DNA of 64,000 nucleotides, from positions 32,001 through 96,000 of the forward strand of contig JANRKS010000009.1 of the NCBI GenBank assembly GCA_033763315.1. The letters run 5' to 3'. The notes beneath the pieces were generated by a model. The model was not told the origin of the DNA. It searched no databases and saw only the letters and a program-made list of their open reading frames with translations. Source of the stretch: Deltaproteobacteria bacterium. GTDB taxonomy: Bacteria > Myxococcota_A > Polyangia > Fen-1088. Of this stretch, positions 28,092 through 37,855 are shown piece by piece (positions within the stretch are counted from its first letter, which is position 1; each line of letters opens with the position of its first letter). A program made the translations under genes and the position numbers.

Positions 28092-29818
28092 GGTGTGCCT
28101 CCCACGGCGCCTGGGTGACGCAGCGAAAACGCATCTCCTGTGGCGATCGCCGTGATCAGGGTGCGAATGTTGTAATCATCGGCTTTGAAGGCCTCGATCG
28201 CCCTTTGCAGCAAGCACTCGTCGGCTTCGCTTTCGTTGCGACCCAAGGAGTAGCGGAACCACTGCCGGGCCACACACTCGCGCACCACGCTGCTTCGGCT
28301 CATCTTCTTTGCCAGTTCAACGCCGCCATTAAAGGCGCCGTTCAAATCGCCTGCCTCCACCACCATACCTGTGGCATCGATCGCTTTGCCTTCTTCGGTG
28401 TCACGCCACGCGCCCACGCCATCATAGTGTTCAAAGCCCAGGCCCACGCCGTCGATCAATTGGTGGCAACCTTTGCAGGTTTCGCCGGTTGAATGAGCGG
28501 CGAAGCGCTCGCGTGTGGTGGCCCCGGCTTTCGGCTCAGGCGCGATGGCGTTCACATTGGGTGGTGGGTCCGGCAAATCTTGGCACAACAGGTTGCGCCT
28601 GATCGCCACGCCGCGCGACACGGGCGACGTTTGATTGACGGCCGCGTGGACAGCCAAGAACGAAGCCTGCGTGAGCACGCCCGCACGTTGTTTCGGATCC
28701 AGCATCACAGGCGCTTTGACATCCGCGCCCGCTGGGCGTGTGGCACCGTAAAACGAAACCAAAGCGTCGGGCGCGATGGTGAACGGCGCGGTCAACAACG
28801 TCTCAAGCCGCCCGTCGCCTTTGCTGAGCACATAGTTCACGAAATCCTGCGTCTCGTTTTTGATCGAGCCCGAAACCTTATCGAAGCCGGGGAACTCGCG
28901 CCACAACGACCCCGCTGTCTCAATGTCCAGCCACTGCAAGTGAAAGCTTGAGATGGTGGTGCGGGCTTTGTCGCTGGCGAGCAGGCGCGTGATCTGCTGC
29001 TGCACGCCCGCGGGTGTGCCCAATTGCCCGCTTTGCGCGGCGTCCAGCAGCTCAGCGTCGGGGCCGCTGCTCCACAAGAAGTACGAGAGGCGGCTGGCCA
29101 ATTCGAAGGGCGTCAGCCTCACCACGCCGGGGCGTCTCGGATCGGTCTCGCCAATTTCGATCAAGTAAAGGAAGTGCGGCGATTCCAGCATCGTTGCCAC
29201 CACCGCGCCCACGCCTTCCGCAAAGGCGCCGGCCGCTTTGTAGAGCGCCTGGTAGCGCGCTTGCTCTTCCATGGTCAGCGGGCGTCGATACGCACGGCGG
29301 CCAAATTTCGTGATGAATTCAAACGCGCAAACTTCATCGCCTTTGGTTTTGCGATCACAGGCCACGATTGTGTCGGCTTTGCTCACCGCGGTGGCAGCCA
29401 CCTGTTCAGCGCTTTCCATGTACTGCGAGAGCGTGATGTCGGTGGCGTTGCCCACGAGGTTCGTTTTAAAAGGCCCCATGCGCTCATCGAGCGACAACCG
29501 ATCGATGTTCACGTTGGCCCCTGGAACAAGATCGCGAACCGTGTTGGCGTACTGATCGCGCGAAAGCCGCCGCCATGGCGATGGCCCCACATCTTGCCCG
29601 CACGCCGCCACAACACCGCCGCTGCCACCGCCGCCACCACGCCCCCCTTGCGGCACGCCACCGGCACCGCCTGAGCCTGCACCGCCGCTGGCACCAGGCG
29701 TTGCCGTTTGGCCATCCACCTGACCCGTGCACGCCGCACAGGCGAGCAGCAGGGTGAGGTTGAAAAAGCGCTTTGCCTTACGTCCCAAAGAACTCCACAT
29801 GAGACCGGTCCTAACCAT
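28088..29818 (-). CDS. DUF1587/1595/1592/1588/1585 lipoprotein with CxxCH
   Basis: RRLSRDQYANTVRDL, FGRRAYRRPL, ELASRLSYFLW, TSPVSRG, CKGCH, FEHYDGVG. Confidence 0.9.
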   Translation of the reverse strand: MVRTGLMWSSLGRKAKRFFNLTLLLACAACTGQVDGQTATPGASGGAGSGGAGGVPQGGRGGGGGSGGVVAACGQDVGPSPWRRLSRDQYANTVRDLVPGANVNIDRLSLDERMGPFKTNLVGNATDITLSQYMESAEQVAATAVSKADTIVACDRKTKGDEVCAFEFITKFGRRAYRRPLTMEEQARYQALYKAAGAFAEGVGAVVATMLESPHFLYLIEIGETDPRRPGVVRLTPFELASRLSYFLWSSGPDAELLDAAQSGQLGTPAGVQQQITRLLASDKARTTISSFHLQWLDIETAGSLWREFPGFDKVSGSIKNETQDFVNYVLSKGDGRLETLLTAPFTIAPDALVSFYGATRPAGADVKAPVMLDPKQRAGVLTQASFLAVHAAVNQTSPVSRGVAIRRNLLCQDLPDPPPNVNAIAPEPKAGATTRERFAAHSTGETCKGCHQLIDGVGLGFEHYDGVGAWRDTEEGKAIDATGMVVEAGDLNGAFNGGVELAKKMSRSSVVRECVARQWFRYSLGRNESEADECLLQRAIEAFKADDYNIRTLITAIATGDAFSLRHPGAVGGTP

Positions 29819-29893
29819 GCCAGAAAAACGCCTGGTGGCCTACCCCGAAACTTGTAAACGCGCCCCATCGTGTAAGCTGCCCGCCTACCTTCC

Positions 29894-31474
29894 ATGTCCT
29901 CCGATACCTCGATCCCCGCTGCCACGTCGTCGCCTGCCTCTGCCACACCGAAGAAGAACGATGCCGCGGCCGTAGCGGGGCGGGGCGCGCTGTTCATCGG
30001 CGGCGCGAAAGTGGCGTTCATGATCGCGGGGTTCTTGCAGCGATGGTTGTTGGCGCGCGTGGTGGGGGCCGCCGAGTACGGCGCATTTTCTGTGGTGAAC
30101 GGCGCCATATCCACTGTGAACAACACGATGGTGCAAGGCACCACCCAAGGCGTGTGTAAGTACGCCGCCGAAGATGACGCCCGCGCCGGTGCCGTGGCAG
30201 CCGCCGGCCTTCGCCTGCAAATGTTTGTGGGCACGGCGGTGGGCCTATTGTTTTTGCTGGCAGCCCCGTGGTTGGCGCGTGCGTTGGGAGCCCCCAGTTA
30301 CTACGTCCCGTGGTTCCGCATCGTGGCGGCGATTCCGTTCTTGTATGGCTTTTACGCCGTATACGTGGGGCTTGCGAATGGCTTGCGCCGGTTTGCCACA
30401 CAAGCCGGGTTCGATGTGCTGTTCTCGTCGTTGAAAACGGTGTTGCTGTTAGGCGGCGCGCTTGCGTTTGGCAAAGCCTTCGCCTCACGAACCGCGCCTG
30501 TCACGGGCGCGTTCGTCGGCTTTGTGGCCACCGCCGTGATCGTGTTGCTCGTAGCCGCGCGTGTGATGGGCCGCGTGAAAGCCGCGCCAGGTGTCACGTT
30601 CCCGATCAAGCGTTTGGCATCCTTCATGACAGGCGTCGCGATTTACGCGGCGTTGGTGAACCTGGCGTTGAACTATGATTTGTTCTGGCTGCGCCGGTTC
30701 GCGGGTGCGGCTGTCACCGCAGCGCGTGCGGATGCGATCGTGGGCAACTATGAGGCCGTTCGCAATTTGGCATTGTTGCCTTATCAAGCGTTGATCGTCG
30801 TGACGTTCGTGGTGTTCCCCTTGGTTTCCCGCGTGACGTTTGAGCAAGATCGCGGCGCCACCGTCGCTTACGTGCGGCAGACCATGCGGATCGCTTTTGT
30901 GTTTTCAGCAGGCATGGGTTTGGCGCTTGGTTGCCGGCCTTCGGCATTGCTCGGCCTGCTTTACAAACCAGAATACCTTGAAGGCACGGCCGCTTTGCCG
31001 ATCTTGGCTGCCGGCTTGTGTTCATTGGCGTTGCTTGGTGTGGCGTGCGCCATCATCAATGCCGCCGGCAGCCCGCGCGTGGCGGTGTTGTTGGTGAGCG
31101 TCACGTTGATTGTGGGCAGTGGCAGTGCGTTGGTGATGGTGCCACACGCTGAAGCGGGCGCGGCGATGTTGCGTGCCCAAGCCTTGGCCACCGCGTTGGG
31201 CATGGGCGCAGGCTTCTTGGCCTCGATCGTTTATCTCATCCGCAGGTTTGGTGCCGCTGTGCCGGTGGCCACGGCTGCCCGCACGGCGCTTGCTTTGGCG
31301 GTGGGCGTGGGCGTGGCGCAAGTGATGCCAGGGCAGGGCCGTTTGATGGGCTTGATCTGCGTGGCGGCAGCGATGCTTGCGTTCGCCGCTACTTTGGTTT
31401 TGGCCCGCGAGCTGGGCCCGCAGGATCGGAAAAAGTTGGATCGATTGATAAGGCGCAAGCGGTCGGCAAGTTGA
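29894..31474 (+). CDS. Oligosaccharide flippase (MOP/Wzx-SpoVB-like)
   Basis: About 12-14 hydrophobic segments; GAAEYGAFS; VFPLVS. Confidence 0.8.
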   Translation: MSSDTSIPAATSSPASATPKKNDAAAVAGRGALFIGGAKVAFMIAGFLQRWLLARVVGAAEYGAFSVVNGAISTVNNTMVQGTTQGVCKYAAEDDARAGAVAAAGLRLQMFVGTAVGLLFLLAAPWLARALGAPSYYVPWFRIVAAIPFLYGFYAVYVGLANGLRRFATQAGFDVLFSSLKTVLLLGGALAFGKAFASRTAPVTGAFVGFVATAVIVLLVAARVMGRVKAAPGVTFPIKRLASFMTGVAIYAALVNLALNYDLFWLRRFAGAAVTAARADAIVGNYEAVRNLALLPYQALIVVTFVVFPLVSRVTFEQDRGATVAYVRQTMRIAFVFSAGMGLALGCRPSALLGLLYKPEYLEGTAALPILAAGLCSLALLGVACAIINAAGSPRVAVLLVSVTLIVGSGSALVMVPHAEAGAAMLRAQALATALGMGAGFLASIVYLIRRFGAAVPVATAARTALALAVGVGVAQVMPGQGRLMGLICVAAAMLAFAATLVLARELGPQDRKKLDRLIRRKRSAS

Positions 31475-31498
31475 AAGGCGCTCCTTGCTCGAACTTGA

Positions 31499-31515
31499 TA
31501 ACATGTTAGCATAAC
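31499..31515. promoter_or_regulatory. Overlapping palindromes upstream of the TA operon (candidate operator)
   Basis: TAACATGTTA (31499-31508) and GTTA-GCA-TAAC (31505-31515) immediately before the antitoxin ATG. Confidence 0.6.
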
Positions 31516-31518
31516 GAA

Positions 31519-31785
31519 ATGGCAAACACGACAGCCAAGCGCCGCCAGCGGGCCGACGCCCGAAAGGAAAGTGCTGTTGTCGGGATGCGAAAGTACAGGG
31601 AGGCCATGAGGCGCCGCGGCTTTAAGCTTGTTCAGATCTGGGTTCCGGACGTTAAAGCGCCAGGATTTGCCGATGACCTTAAACGACAGTTGCGTGCCCT
31701 CGCGACGCATCCCGATGGTGCCGCCGATGACTTTAGCACCGCAGCGCTGTCCAATGTTTGGGACGATCCTGAATGGAAGGCCTGA
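31519..31785 (+). CDS. Antitoxin, MazE-like DUF3018 family
   Basis: YREAMRRRGFKLVQIWVPDVKAPGF, upstream of and overlapping the toxin. Confidence 0.88.
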   Translation: MANTTAKRRQRADARKESAVVGMRKYREAMRRRGFKLVQIWVPDVKAPGFADDLKRQLRALATHPDGAADDFSTAALSNVWDDPEWKA

Positions 31786-32108
31786 GCCGCGGCGACATCG
31801 TGACCGTGGCGCTTCAGGGCACCCACGGTAAACCGAGGCCTGCGGTTATTGTTCAACGCACCGACACGCTCGCCCACACGATGATTGTCATTTGCCCGAT
31901 TACAAGTGAGCTTCGTAAGACCACGCCACTGGTTCGCGTAACTCTAGATCCTTCGCCAAGCAATGGGCTACGGACCGTGTCTCAAGTCATGATCGACCGC
32001 GTGGTCAGCGCTCCCAGCGACAAACTCGGCCCGCGCATTGGCCAGCTAAGCGACGACGTAATGACAGAAGTCAGCCGGCGGTTGGCCTTTTGGCTGGGCT
32101 TTTCATGA
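31773..32108 (+). CDS. mazF: PemK/MazF family endoribonuclease toxin
   Basis: RGDIVTV..G.HGKPRPAVIVQ...CPITS...NGL...SQVMID...IGQL. Confidence 0.9.
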   Translation: MEGLSRGDIVTVALQGTHGKPRPAVIVQRTDTLAHTMIVICPITSELRKTTPLVRVTLDPSPSNGLRTVSQVMIDRVVSAPSDKLGPRIGQLSDDVMTEVSRRLAFWLGFS

Positions 32109-32295
32109 CTGTGGTTCATCGTCTTCTGAAACCGAAGCGCAGGGCGGCTTAAAGTACGCGCAGCTTTGAACGGGCTGCGGTGGATACTTGTTCGGGTGAA
32201 CGGGGCACAAGATGAACGTGCTGGTTTGTGTGTGCACAAACCGCGGACCGACGGCACAGCGGTGACACAAGCTGGTGGCCCAGGGCAACGCGCGT

Positions 32296-32643
32296 TCAGA
32301 AGACATATGCGTCCAACATGTACGCGATTGCCAATCCGGTGGCGGTGCCCACGACGTCCCATGTGAGATCACGCCACGAAGCATCGCCGGGTCCACCCAG
32401 ATCTAAGAGCTCTTTGCCCACACCCGCCGTCAACGCCAAAGCGGCGCCTGTGCCGAACCGCCAACGAAGATCGGTGGTCGTGGATGAGGCTGCGGCATAA
32501 CCGGTCAATGAAAGCCCCGCCGACACGCTGCCATGCAAGTATTTATCGTGAGCGAACCATGGATCGGAATCGGCGGCTTGCACGCGTGGGGTGGCAGCGA
32601 TCGGCATCAACAGCGCTGCTGCACAGGCCACGGCCGCTTTCAT
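32296..32643 (-). CDS. YfiM/DUF2279-like small secreted or membrane protein
   Basis: DPWFAHDKYLH...GVGKELLD..G.G.ASWRDL.WD. Confidence 0.8.
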   Translation of the reverse strand: MKAAVACAAALLMPIAATPRVQAADSDPWFAHDKYLHGSVSAGLSLTGYAAASSTTTDLRWRFGTGAALALTAGVGKELLDLGGPGDASWRDLTWDVVGTATGLAIAYMLDAYVF

Positions 32644-33611
32644 GCCTGCGTCTGCCCCGCGTTGATCACTTCGCGAATCACGTACGTCGCCTTGGCTTGC
32701 GACTCGTGGTACGTGCGGATCTGCAGCTCTGCCAAGATGCCCAACATCACAGCCTGACCGCCCACCAGGAACAAGAACACGGCCACGCCAAACAGCGGGT
32801 TCTTGTGCACCCACACGTGCTCGTGGTGAAAGAACTTTTGATAAAGCGTGAACATCGCCGCCAACGTTCCTGCGCCACACAACAGCGCGCCCAGCGTGCC
32901 GAAGAAATACAGCGGCTTCGTGCCGTAGGAGCCCAGAAACTTCACCATCAGAAGGTCCAGCACAACCTTAAACGTGCGCAGCAAACCATACTTTGATTTA
33001 CCCTCAAGCCGCGGATGATGCGCCACTTCAAGTTCGGTGACGCGCGCCCCCTGCCAGTGCGCATAGATCGGAATGAACCGATGCATTTCGCCGTAAAGTC
33101 GCACGGGGGTTAGAACCTCACGGCGGTAAGCCTTCAGCGTGCAACCATAGTCATGCAGCCGCACTCCCGACACGCGCCCAATCAACCAATTGGCCAGCCA
33201 AGAGGGAAGTTTGCGGGTCCACAGTTTGTCTTTGCGAAAGCGCCGCCAACCTGAAACGACGTCAAAGCCTTCGTCAAGCTTCGCAAGGAGGCGAGGGATG
33301 TCCGCTGGGTCGTTTTGCATGTCCGCGTCCATGGGGATGATCACATCGCCGGTGGCGTGTGCGAAGCCCGCGGACATGGCCGCCGTTTGGCCGAAGTTGC
33401 GGCGCAGAATGATGATGCGCAACCAGGGGCGCGTGGCAGCTGCGGACTTTAGGGCATCGACGGAGCCATCGGAGGAGCCGTCGTCGATGATGATGATTTC
33501 GGGGTCGTGGCCTTGCGTGCGCAGCGAGGCCACGGCGTCGTCCAAGGCGGTGGCCAAACGGGGAATGGTTTGGACTTCGTTAAAGCAAGGGATGACGACG
33601 GAGAGGCGCAT
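32640..33611 (-). CDS. GT2 polyprenol-phosphate glycosyltransferase (ArnC/DPM-like)
   Basis: SVVIPCFNE, DDGSSD, RNFGQTAA, DADMQND, GEMHRFIP, two C-terminal TM helices. Confidence 0.93.
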   Translation of the reverse strand: MRLSVVIPCFNEVQTIPRLATALDDAVASLRTQGHDPEIIIIDDGSSDGSVDALKSAAATRPWLRIIILRRNFGQTAAMSAGFAHATGDVIIPMDADMQNDPADIPRLLAKLDEGFDVVSGWRRFRKDKLWTRKLPSWLANWLIGRVSGVRLHDYGCTLKAYRREVLTPVRLYGEMHRFIPIYAHWQGARVTELEVAHHPRLEGKSKYGLLRTFKVVLDLLMVKFLGSYGTKPLYFFGTLGALLCGAGTLAAMFTLYQKFFHHEHVWVHKNPLFGVAVFLFLVGGQAVMLGILAELQIRTYHESQAKATYVIREVINAGQTQA

Positions 33612-34023
33612 GGGGGTGCTCGTGACGCTAATCCTATGGAGGGGGAGGCGTCAAAGACCTGGACTAAATTGAAAGCGCCACAATGGCCACACTAGACTTT
33701 CTAAGTACCGCACCCTGCCGTCTAAGTACGAATTGTTTACTGCGTTCACCGCAGCGGTCGCCTCCTCGAGATCGCTTGTCGGTTTCGTGATCAACTAATG
33801 CATTTGCTGCGTAATGCGCAGCTCTTCATCGCTGTAACCTGACATCACCTTCGCCATCATGGGGATTGGCAGATCGCGCAAAGGCGCTCACGTTGCCGTG
33901 AGAATTAGGGATGGAACCATCTTTGGTGGCGGAGGTTTGAGGAAGTGGCAGCAGCTCATCGGCTGCGATAAACTACTGCCCGTTCGTTATTGATAGTCTG
34001 GGTGTTGATTGGTCAGACGGGTC

Positions 34024-34854
34024 TCAATTACAAGTGGTGGGATACCTGGTGAGATGATACGTCGCAGTGGAACCGGCGGTTATGAATACAGTCTTGCACG
34101 AGCTATAAGGCCCGCGCAATTCCTTGACGCCGGGTGAGATACTGTTGAAAAAACCATTGTGCTGCTGTCGGTAAACTACTGACCCCCCGACGACTTTGTA
34201 AATTAGCATCGGGTGGGGGACGATCGGGTATTCCGTGTTGTCCACAAACCTGAAGGCTTCTCCGAATTTAATCACCGGCGTGGGGCCGTCATCATAGGCA
34301 AGGAATACGGATAGATTGCCCTTACCCGATGCTGGAGTTACGTTGGGAGTTGTTGTCGAGGGATAGAAAAGCTGATAGCTGCTGAAAGTAAGTTCCGACC
34401 CTCCGTACGGCACATGGCAAGCGCCGCCGAGAAGTTTTCCGGGATGAATTCCACGAGGAAGGCCTCCGGAAACGACCGTGGCTCGGCATACGTGAAGGTT
34501 GTTGCCGTTTTCTATGCCTCCAATTAGCGAGTTATTCAGCCCATTAGGGCCCCAAGTCCCAACTCCCTCTAGGATCTGGTAGCTGGAAAAGCTGAGTTCC
34601 CCGCCGCCCCACCCGATATTGCACACGCGTGAGGCCTGTACGAGTTTTCCAGGGTGCCACACGCCATCCTTGAGCGCCCTGCAAACCCACAGTTGATTCT
34701 GCGGATTGCCATTGTTGTATTCAAAGCCGCCTAGCGTGTGCTCCCCGCGCGGCGACTTGGTGGAATCCCAGCTGTACCAGGACGCCTCAGCCGTCCTGGT
34801 GTAACTCACGGCCATAAACGCAAAAATAGCCAAACTCAGGTGTGTTCTTTTCAT
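34024..34854 (-). CDS. Secreted DM9/DUF3421 repeat (lectin-like) protein
   Basis: Signal peptide; two repeats L[WH]VCRA...HPGKL...C.[IV].[WY]GG.EL.FSSYQ. Confidence 0.8.
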   Translation of the reverse strand: MKRTHLSLAIFAFMAVSYTRTAEASWYSWDSTKSPRGEHTLGGFEYNNGNPQNQLWVCRALKDGVWHPGKLVQASRVCNIGWGGGELSFSSYQILEGVGTWGPNGLNNSLIGGIENGNNLHVCRATVVSGGLPRGIHPGKLLGGACHVPYGGSELTFSSYQLFYPSTTTPNVTPASGKGNLSVFLAYDDGPTPVIKFGEAFRFVDNTEYPIVPHPMLIYKVVGGSVVYRQQHNGFFNSISPGVKELRGPYSSCKTVFITAGSTATYHLTRYPTTCN

Positions 34855-35470
34855 TTGTCTGTGTCCTCAAAGTTAACATGGTTGATTGAACTACCGTCAT
34901 CGTTATTACCATGTGTGTGGCATTTTGCAATGGATCGCTAGTTCGCCGTATTAGGTTACATGCATTGCGTATTCATTCTTTTCCAAATTGGCCGCTTAAA
35001 CGCGGACCTGGCCCGGGGCTGGAAGGGCGCGAAGATGGCGAATGCAACAAGAAGGGCCGTGCGCCGTTTACCGACGATGGTTTCTCCCAGAGCTTGGCGT
35101 TGGTAATGGCCAAGGGGTCTGTGGCGATCGAGTGTGCAGAGTAGAGCGACGAAGGCGACTACAAGCCGACTGGCGCCGTCGAAATCCTGATTGCCAAGTC
35201 GCGCGCCGACTCCATGAGCGGGCTTTTGTGCGGCCTATGCGTGGCGAGTCGGATCCTCATCGCGAGGCTGCGCCGAGGATGCCCTTTAGGCGACTTCCCT
35301 GGTGTTACCGGTCGCCTTGGATGATGGTTTGCGATCCGGTTAGATGGTGGGCATCAAGGCTGCGCCAAGGGAATGGCAAACGCACGATGGCCATCGTAGC
35401 GAAGCCTGGTATTCGGCGTCGGCGGCGATTGCCATTGATCGAAACGCCACGGCAATGGCGCCTGCGGTTG

Positions 35471-35830
35471 TTACCCGACGGCGTCGCTTTCTGCCTCGAT
35501 GATGTGCGCTAGGGTGTCGCGTTCGACGAGTTTTTGCGGCGACGAGCGGCGCTTCTTAGGGCGGCGGTTGCCATCCTGGCGATTTCACGAAAGCCACCGT
35601 TGGTCGCCTCGTGCAGCATGGCAACGGCATCCGAGGTAAAGACTTCTCACTCGTAGCCGACACGGCCAAGCCGAAACGCAAGATAGGCAGCCGTGTCATC
35701 CGGGATGAGCGGATCGATTCGCAGTCTTCTGTGCAGCCGCGAACAGATCGAACGATTGCGCGGCATGCCGAGCCTGTCATGCAATTCAGGCAAGCCAACG
35801 AGGACGAGCGACAGAAGCGCGCGGCGCTTC
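35471..35830 (-). pseudogene. C-terminal remnant of transposon-associated ExeA-like AAA ATPase
   Basis: Manual translation RALLSLVLVGLPELHDRL..RNRSICSRLHRRL..PL..DDTAAYL..RL..VGYE*EVF..DAVAMLHEATNG..REI.RMATAAL..AARR; one in-frame stop and a frameshift; cut by an IS3 end. Confidence 0.7.
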
Positions 35831-35860
35831 TGACCTGCCCCGGTTCTCGGTACCAGTTGG

Positions 35861-36697
35861 TCAGTGAGTCCCGTCGATGCTGTATTGTCTGAATTTCTCG
35901 TTGGGGGTCAAGTAGTCTATAGCGCTGTGGGGTCGGTTCTCGTTGTAGTCCTTTCTGTACATCTCAATGATCACCGCAGCTTCGCGGCGATTGTGAAAGA
36001 CTTCCTGATTCAAACATTCTTCTCGAAGGCGGCCATTGAAGCTTTCGATGAAGCCATTCTGCCAAGGCTTCCCAGGCTGGATGTATGCAGTTTGAACGCC
36101 TGTGGCCGCTAACCACGCTTTGACTGCTTTGGCGATGAACTCTGGGCCGTTGTCGCTGCGGATGAACCGCGGTACTCCTCGTTCTGCGAAGAGCCTCGCC
36201 AAAACCGCAATGACATTCGAGGACTTCAAGGAGCCGCGGACCTCTGCAGCCAAACTTTGACGTGTGCACTCATCAGATATGGTGAGGCACTTGATCTTCT
36301 GCCCATTCATGCAGTTGTCGTGGACAAAATCGTAAGCCCATACATCGTTGGGCCTGGACGCAACGAGCTGTCGTGGGTCCTTCTTCGTCCCGCGCCGTTT
36401 CCTTCGTCTTCTCGGAACTTGCAGGCCCGCTTTTCGCCATAGTCGGTGAACTCGGTGCACGCCGAGAGTGAAGCCACCCCGACGCAGGTAATGCCGGGCC
36501 ATGCGGTACCCAAGCCGCGGATGCTTGTACGAGAAGTCGCGTAGACGCTTCAAGGGCTCTTCGTCGCGCCTGTCCATCTTGCTCTCGTAGCCAAGCCATG
36601 ATCGAGAAACGCCAACTAGCGCGCAAGCCCTTCGGCAAGAAAGGCCGCCGCTGCGCAGAAACCAAACCTGCGCGCGGCGGACTTGCGCGCTTACCAT
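35861..36697 (-). CDS. IS3-family transposase OrfB (rve DDE)
   Basis: [43 protein letters not shown]. Confidence 0.95.
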   Translation of the reverse strand: MVSAQVRRAQVWFLRSGGLSCRRACALVGVSRSWLGYESKMDRRDEEPLKRLRDFSYKHPRLGYRMARHYLRRGGFTLGVHRVHRLWRKAGLQVPRRRRKRRGTKKDPRQLVASRPNDVWAYDFVHDNCMNGQKIKCLTISDECTRQSLAAEVRGSLKSSNVIAVLARLFAERGVPRFIRSDNGPEFIAKAVKAWLAATGVQTAYIQPGKPWQNGFIESFNGRLREECLNQEVFHNRREAAVIIEMYRKDYNENRPHSAIDYLTPNEKFRQYSIDGTH

Positions 36698-36960
36698 TTT
36701 TTTCGGTTCAGCTCCTGAAGAAGATCGTTTTCAAGCACCTTCTCGGCCAACATCTTCTTCAGCCTGGCGTTCTCACCCTCAAGGTGCCGCAGACGTTTGG
36801 CATCAGGCACATCCATGCCGCCAAACTTTGCCTTCCAGCGGTAGAACGTCTGCTCGCTGATGCCGTGCTTCTTGCAGATGTCTTTCTGCGGGGCTTTACC
36901 GAGTTCGGCCTCACGCAGGATCCGAACAATTTGCTCCTCTTTGAAGACTTTCCGTTTCAT
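36691..36960 (-). CDS. IS3-family transposase OrfA (HTH)
   Basis: [12 protein letters not shown]...[22 protein letters not shown]...[10 protein letters not shown]. Confidence 0.95.
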   Translation of the reverse strand: MKRKVFKEEQIVRILREAELGKAPQKDICKKHGISEQTFYRWKAKFGGMDVPDAKRLRHLEGENARLKKMLAEKVLENDLLQELNRKKW

Positions 36961-37028
36961 TGCCCTTTGTCTGCCATTCTGCGGCAGAACTCACTTCCCC
37001 GGTGGCCCTAAATTTCGGGGGCAGGTCA

Positions 37029-37310
37029 CCGGTGACATGCCTGGTTTCTTCGGGCCAGCAGTTACTAGACAGCGCCTTGGTCGGGGCGGCCATCCACTTC
37101 CAGCGTCCTCTCGATGAGTGCGGCGGAGGCCGCAAGATGCTCGATGCGAATTTCTCGCAGAAGCGCGCACTGCTCGGCCGTGAGCTTGCGCCACCGTCCT
37201 CGCTCGCCACGCGACTTGGGCCGAAGCGCTTGCACGCCGCCCCCTTTAGGCGCATAGAGCCAGCGTTCAAGCGTCGACACTGAATACTCCGATCGAATGC
37301 CACCGATCGA
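37029..37310 (-). pseudogene. N-terminal remnant of a DDE transposase (ExeA-associated transposon type)
   Basis: YSVSTLERWLY..K.GG..AL.PK.R.ERGR.RKL...ALLREIR.EH..AS..LI.RTL; stop codons; truncated at the IS3 end. Confidence 0.6.
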
Positions 37311-37855
37311 GTTGGTCTCAGTTTTGGTGAGCGACGATCGCCCCGGCGTTGTCAGGGCGGCTCTCCGCCTCCTCCTCATCCCAGGATTCGGGCTACCCTC
37401 AGCTTCTATCGACCCGCTGCGACGGGCCTATGGCCGTGTCCTTTCATCACGGCACGGTTCAAAGCGCCTCGTGGCGCACGATGTCCCAGGACCAAACTTG
37501 CCCAGGCCCAGTCGCCAGTAGCTCTGGCTTGGAAAACACGGTTAAACGGCGCTGTCGCCGACGCTCACAAACCTCGTGATTCGCCGCCAAGATTCGATAC
37601 ATCGTGCACAACGAACACAAATACTTGCCTTCGTCGAGCAGCCGCGCAAACACCTCCGTCGGCGCCAGCGCTTGTTTAGGCCGCCTTTTTCTTGATGGCG
37701 GTCGCGCGGCACTGTCGCGATGGCGATAGAACGTGGCGCGCCAGGCCAATGGCTGCGTATGCGCCAACGATTGTCAACGCGGGTCCATGCTCCTTGAAGA
37801 CCGCAATCATGGCTTGTCGCTCCCCAGCGGTCGTCCCAAGAGAGCCGCGACTTTC

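Larger units (their letters stand above)
35831..37028 (-). mobile_element. IS3-family element (IS407-like group), apparently intact, 1198 bp
   Basis: Terminal IRs TGACCTGCCCC at both ends (TG...CA); orfA and orfB overlap at an A7 slippery site (36697-36703); no matching target duplication. Confidence 0.93.

Noticed and set aside
33740-33875. Possible receiver-domain remnant on the minus strand (VMSGYSDEE...LITKP)
   Set aside because: Interrupted by a stop and the resemblance is weak.
35140-35215. DnaB-like C-terminal motif (GAVEILIAKSR)
   Set aside because: Too short and preceded by a stop; cannot be supported without a search.
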